This document shows, piece by piece, positions 24,795 to 25,879 of a stretch of DNA of 25,879 nt (positions within the stretch are counted from its first letter, which is position 1; each line of letters opens with the position of its first letter). The notes below the pieces were generated by a model. It worked only from the letters and a program-made list of their open reading frames with translations. It searched no databases and was not told the origin of the DNA. Source of the stretch: a virus (lineage: Duplodnaviria > Caudoviricetes); the IMG/VR virus record IMGVR_UViG_3300027653_000051, positions 1 to 25,879 of that record, one strand, 5' to 3'. Both the position numbers and the translations under genes were made by a program.

Positions 24795-25223
24795 TCATAC
24801 CTCCCAATATTTTTGGTTAATATACGTAGAAGGATAGGGCATTTGAGTGCCGTCCTGTCTTTTCGTTCTGCGAAGCTTTTCGATGTAAAGCAAGGCAGCA
24901 ATCTTGTCTTTCTGTGACAATTTGTTCCAGGCGTTTTCGGTCATTTTCTTTTTACCAACTTTGTTGTTGTATTCGCTCCAAAATCTTTCAAAGCTTAAAT
25001 CAACTGGTACTTCGCTAATTTTGAAGTTTCCTGCAGTCTTTTTGTATTCTTCAATCATTTGGGTAGAAGTCGGTAAATTCGCCCATAACCAGTCAAAAAT
25101 CGATTTGGACATTCCTTTGACTTCACCCACTTTAACTGCTTTTAAAAAGCCTTTTAAATTGTATTCAAAGGTCACTTCTCCTGTGAAGTGATCACTCGTT
25201 AGTATGTATTTCTTTCCTGTCAT
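24795..25223 (-). CDS. Hypothetical phage protein
   Basis: C-terminal FERFW..Y..KVGK...A W.KL....YPSTYINQ..W resembles a DnaT/replisome-organiser-type helical module; ATGA coupling to the upstream gene. Confidence 0.75.
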   Translation of the reverse strand: MTGKKYILTSDHFTGEVTFEYNLKGFLKAVKVGEVKGMSKSIFDWLWANLPTSTQMIEEYKKTAGNFKISEVPVDLSFERFWSEYNNKVGKKKMTENAWNKLSQKDKIAALLYIEKLRRTKRQDGTQMPYPSTYINQKYWEV

Positions 25224-25579
25224 TTTTGTATCAATTTCACGTGATTCATCAATCTTCGATTTAATTCTGAAAAGCTGACAAACGCAAGACTTAAGTCAAT
25301 TGCCAACGAATGCTCTATTTTAGCTCCTTTGCTGTCGTGCCAATCCGGAAGCATATAAATAGCATCACAATCCATTAATGCTTTGATGCACTTCCGCATG
25401 GCTGTTTCCCAATCGGCATTGAAGTCGCCGACCACTTCTATGGGATTAACGACTTCGTAACCTTGTTTTTCAAGCTCTTTTTGAGCGGTTGCGAATTTCA
25501 AAGTACAGAAGTGTTTAGGTTCTCCAGTCACTTTTCCAGCGATGTATATTTTTGTTTTATTCATTGTTTTGTTTTTCAT
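25220..25579 (-). CDS. DUF4406-like protein (nucleoside deoxyribosyltransferase-like fold)
   Basis: KIYIAG..TG, G...VNP and CDAIYMLPDW..SKGA.IE motifs. Confidence 0.88.
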   Translation of the reverse strand: MKNKTMNKTKIYIAGKVTGEPKHFCTLKFATAQKELEKQGYEVVNPIEVVGDFNADWETAMRKCIKALMDCDAIYMLPDWHDSKGAKIEHSLAIDLSLAFVSFSELNRRLMNHVKLIQK

Positions 25580-25611
25580 TTAATTGTAACTCAATTGCGC
25601 CAATCCTCCAG

Positions 25612-25878
25612 TTAGCGGAAATTCTTAAAATCATTGATTGGAGGTTTTTTCAGCAAATCTTCATACTTTTTTCTATCTGCACAAAAATCCAAATGTTGAC
25701 TATTAATAGCCGCTTTTAACGATGAAAACCTTTGTAAGCTATAACCAGTATGTAAACAGGTTAATGACCATATTACCTTATTACTACCAACTTCTGATGT
25801 TTTATATATTCCGTATATCTTTCCATCAAAAGCTTGTATAATTTTTCCTTTTACGAGCTCCTTACCTTCAATATTTCT
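25612..25878 (-). CDS. Hypothetical protein, 5' part outside the window
   Basis: Open frame from the window edge (RNIEGKELVKGK...NDFKNFR*) to TAA at 25614-25612. Confidence 0.6.
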   Translation of the reverse strand, partial: RNIEGKELVKGKIIQAFDGKIYGIYKTSEVGSNKVIWSLTCLHTGYSLQRFSSLKAAINSQHLDFCADRKKYEDLLKKPPINDFKNFR

Positions 25879-25879
25879 T

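Larger units (their letters stand above)
1..25879. mobile_element. Mu-like transposable prophage (late genes and end of early/middle operon), myovirus-type tail
   Basis: Contiguous set of TerS/TerL, DUF935-type portal, gpF, gpG, gp36/gp37-like, protease-scaffold, capsid, sheath, tube, tape measure, baseplate, fibre and lysis genes, with a methylase at the Mu mom position. Transposase genes are not in the window, so 'transposable' is inferred from the Mu-type head genes. Confidence 0.92.

Noticed and set aside
24745-24798. 17-codon ORF (MRSLLFRFSRFINYELK) coupled by ATGA to the 142-aa gene
   Set aside because: Too short to support without conservation or ribosome data.
24656-24901. 81-aa minus-strand ORF
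   Set aside because: It overlaps the 142-aa gene and runs through a terminator hairpin; no motif.
593-25191. Many 60-160 aa antisense or alternate-frame ORFs in the track (e.g. 4495..4986, 8981..9409, 15652..16026, 22742..23173)
   Set aside because: They lie within well-supported genes and show no recognisable motifs.
1-25879. CRISPR array, tRNA, rRNA, IS element or contractile injection system
   Set aside because: No repeat-spacer array, cloverleaf or transposase was recognised by eye; head and packaging genes show this is a phage and not a tailocin or eCIS.

Overview
The whole window reads as the late/structural half of a Mu-like (transposable, contractile-tailed) prophage. The host is probably a Bacteroidota (Flavobacteriia-type) bacterium, judged from TAnnTTTG promoter elements and A-rich, Shine-Dalgarno-less starts. 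From left to right it holds a probable genome end, a 'mom-position' DNA-modification module (adenine methyltransferase plus a divergent thymidylate-synthase-family gene behind a highly structured leader), a unimolecular spanin and muramidase endolysin, a modular tail-fibre cassette, baseplate, tape measure, tail chaperone with G/GT-type frameshift, tube, sheath, capsid with an Ig domain and protease/scaffold, all on the minus strand. A divergent plus-strand operon follows (TerS, TerL, gp36-like, portal, gpF, gpG, gp37-like), then the end of a minus-strand early/middle operon. The most notable signals are: (1) a canonical -1 frameshift cassette that would fuse portal to gpF; (2) a TS homolog with the Asn-to-Asp dCMP-specificity residue and without most phosphate-binding arginines, paired with a Hin1523-type methyltransferase; (3) a multi-state RNA leader with a possible antisense promoter upstream of that pair; (4) tail-fibre genes sharing N- and C-terminal modules in a chain; (5) TTTAAA arrays with an 11-bp period. 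All product calls come from motif recognition and gene order; no database searches were run.
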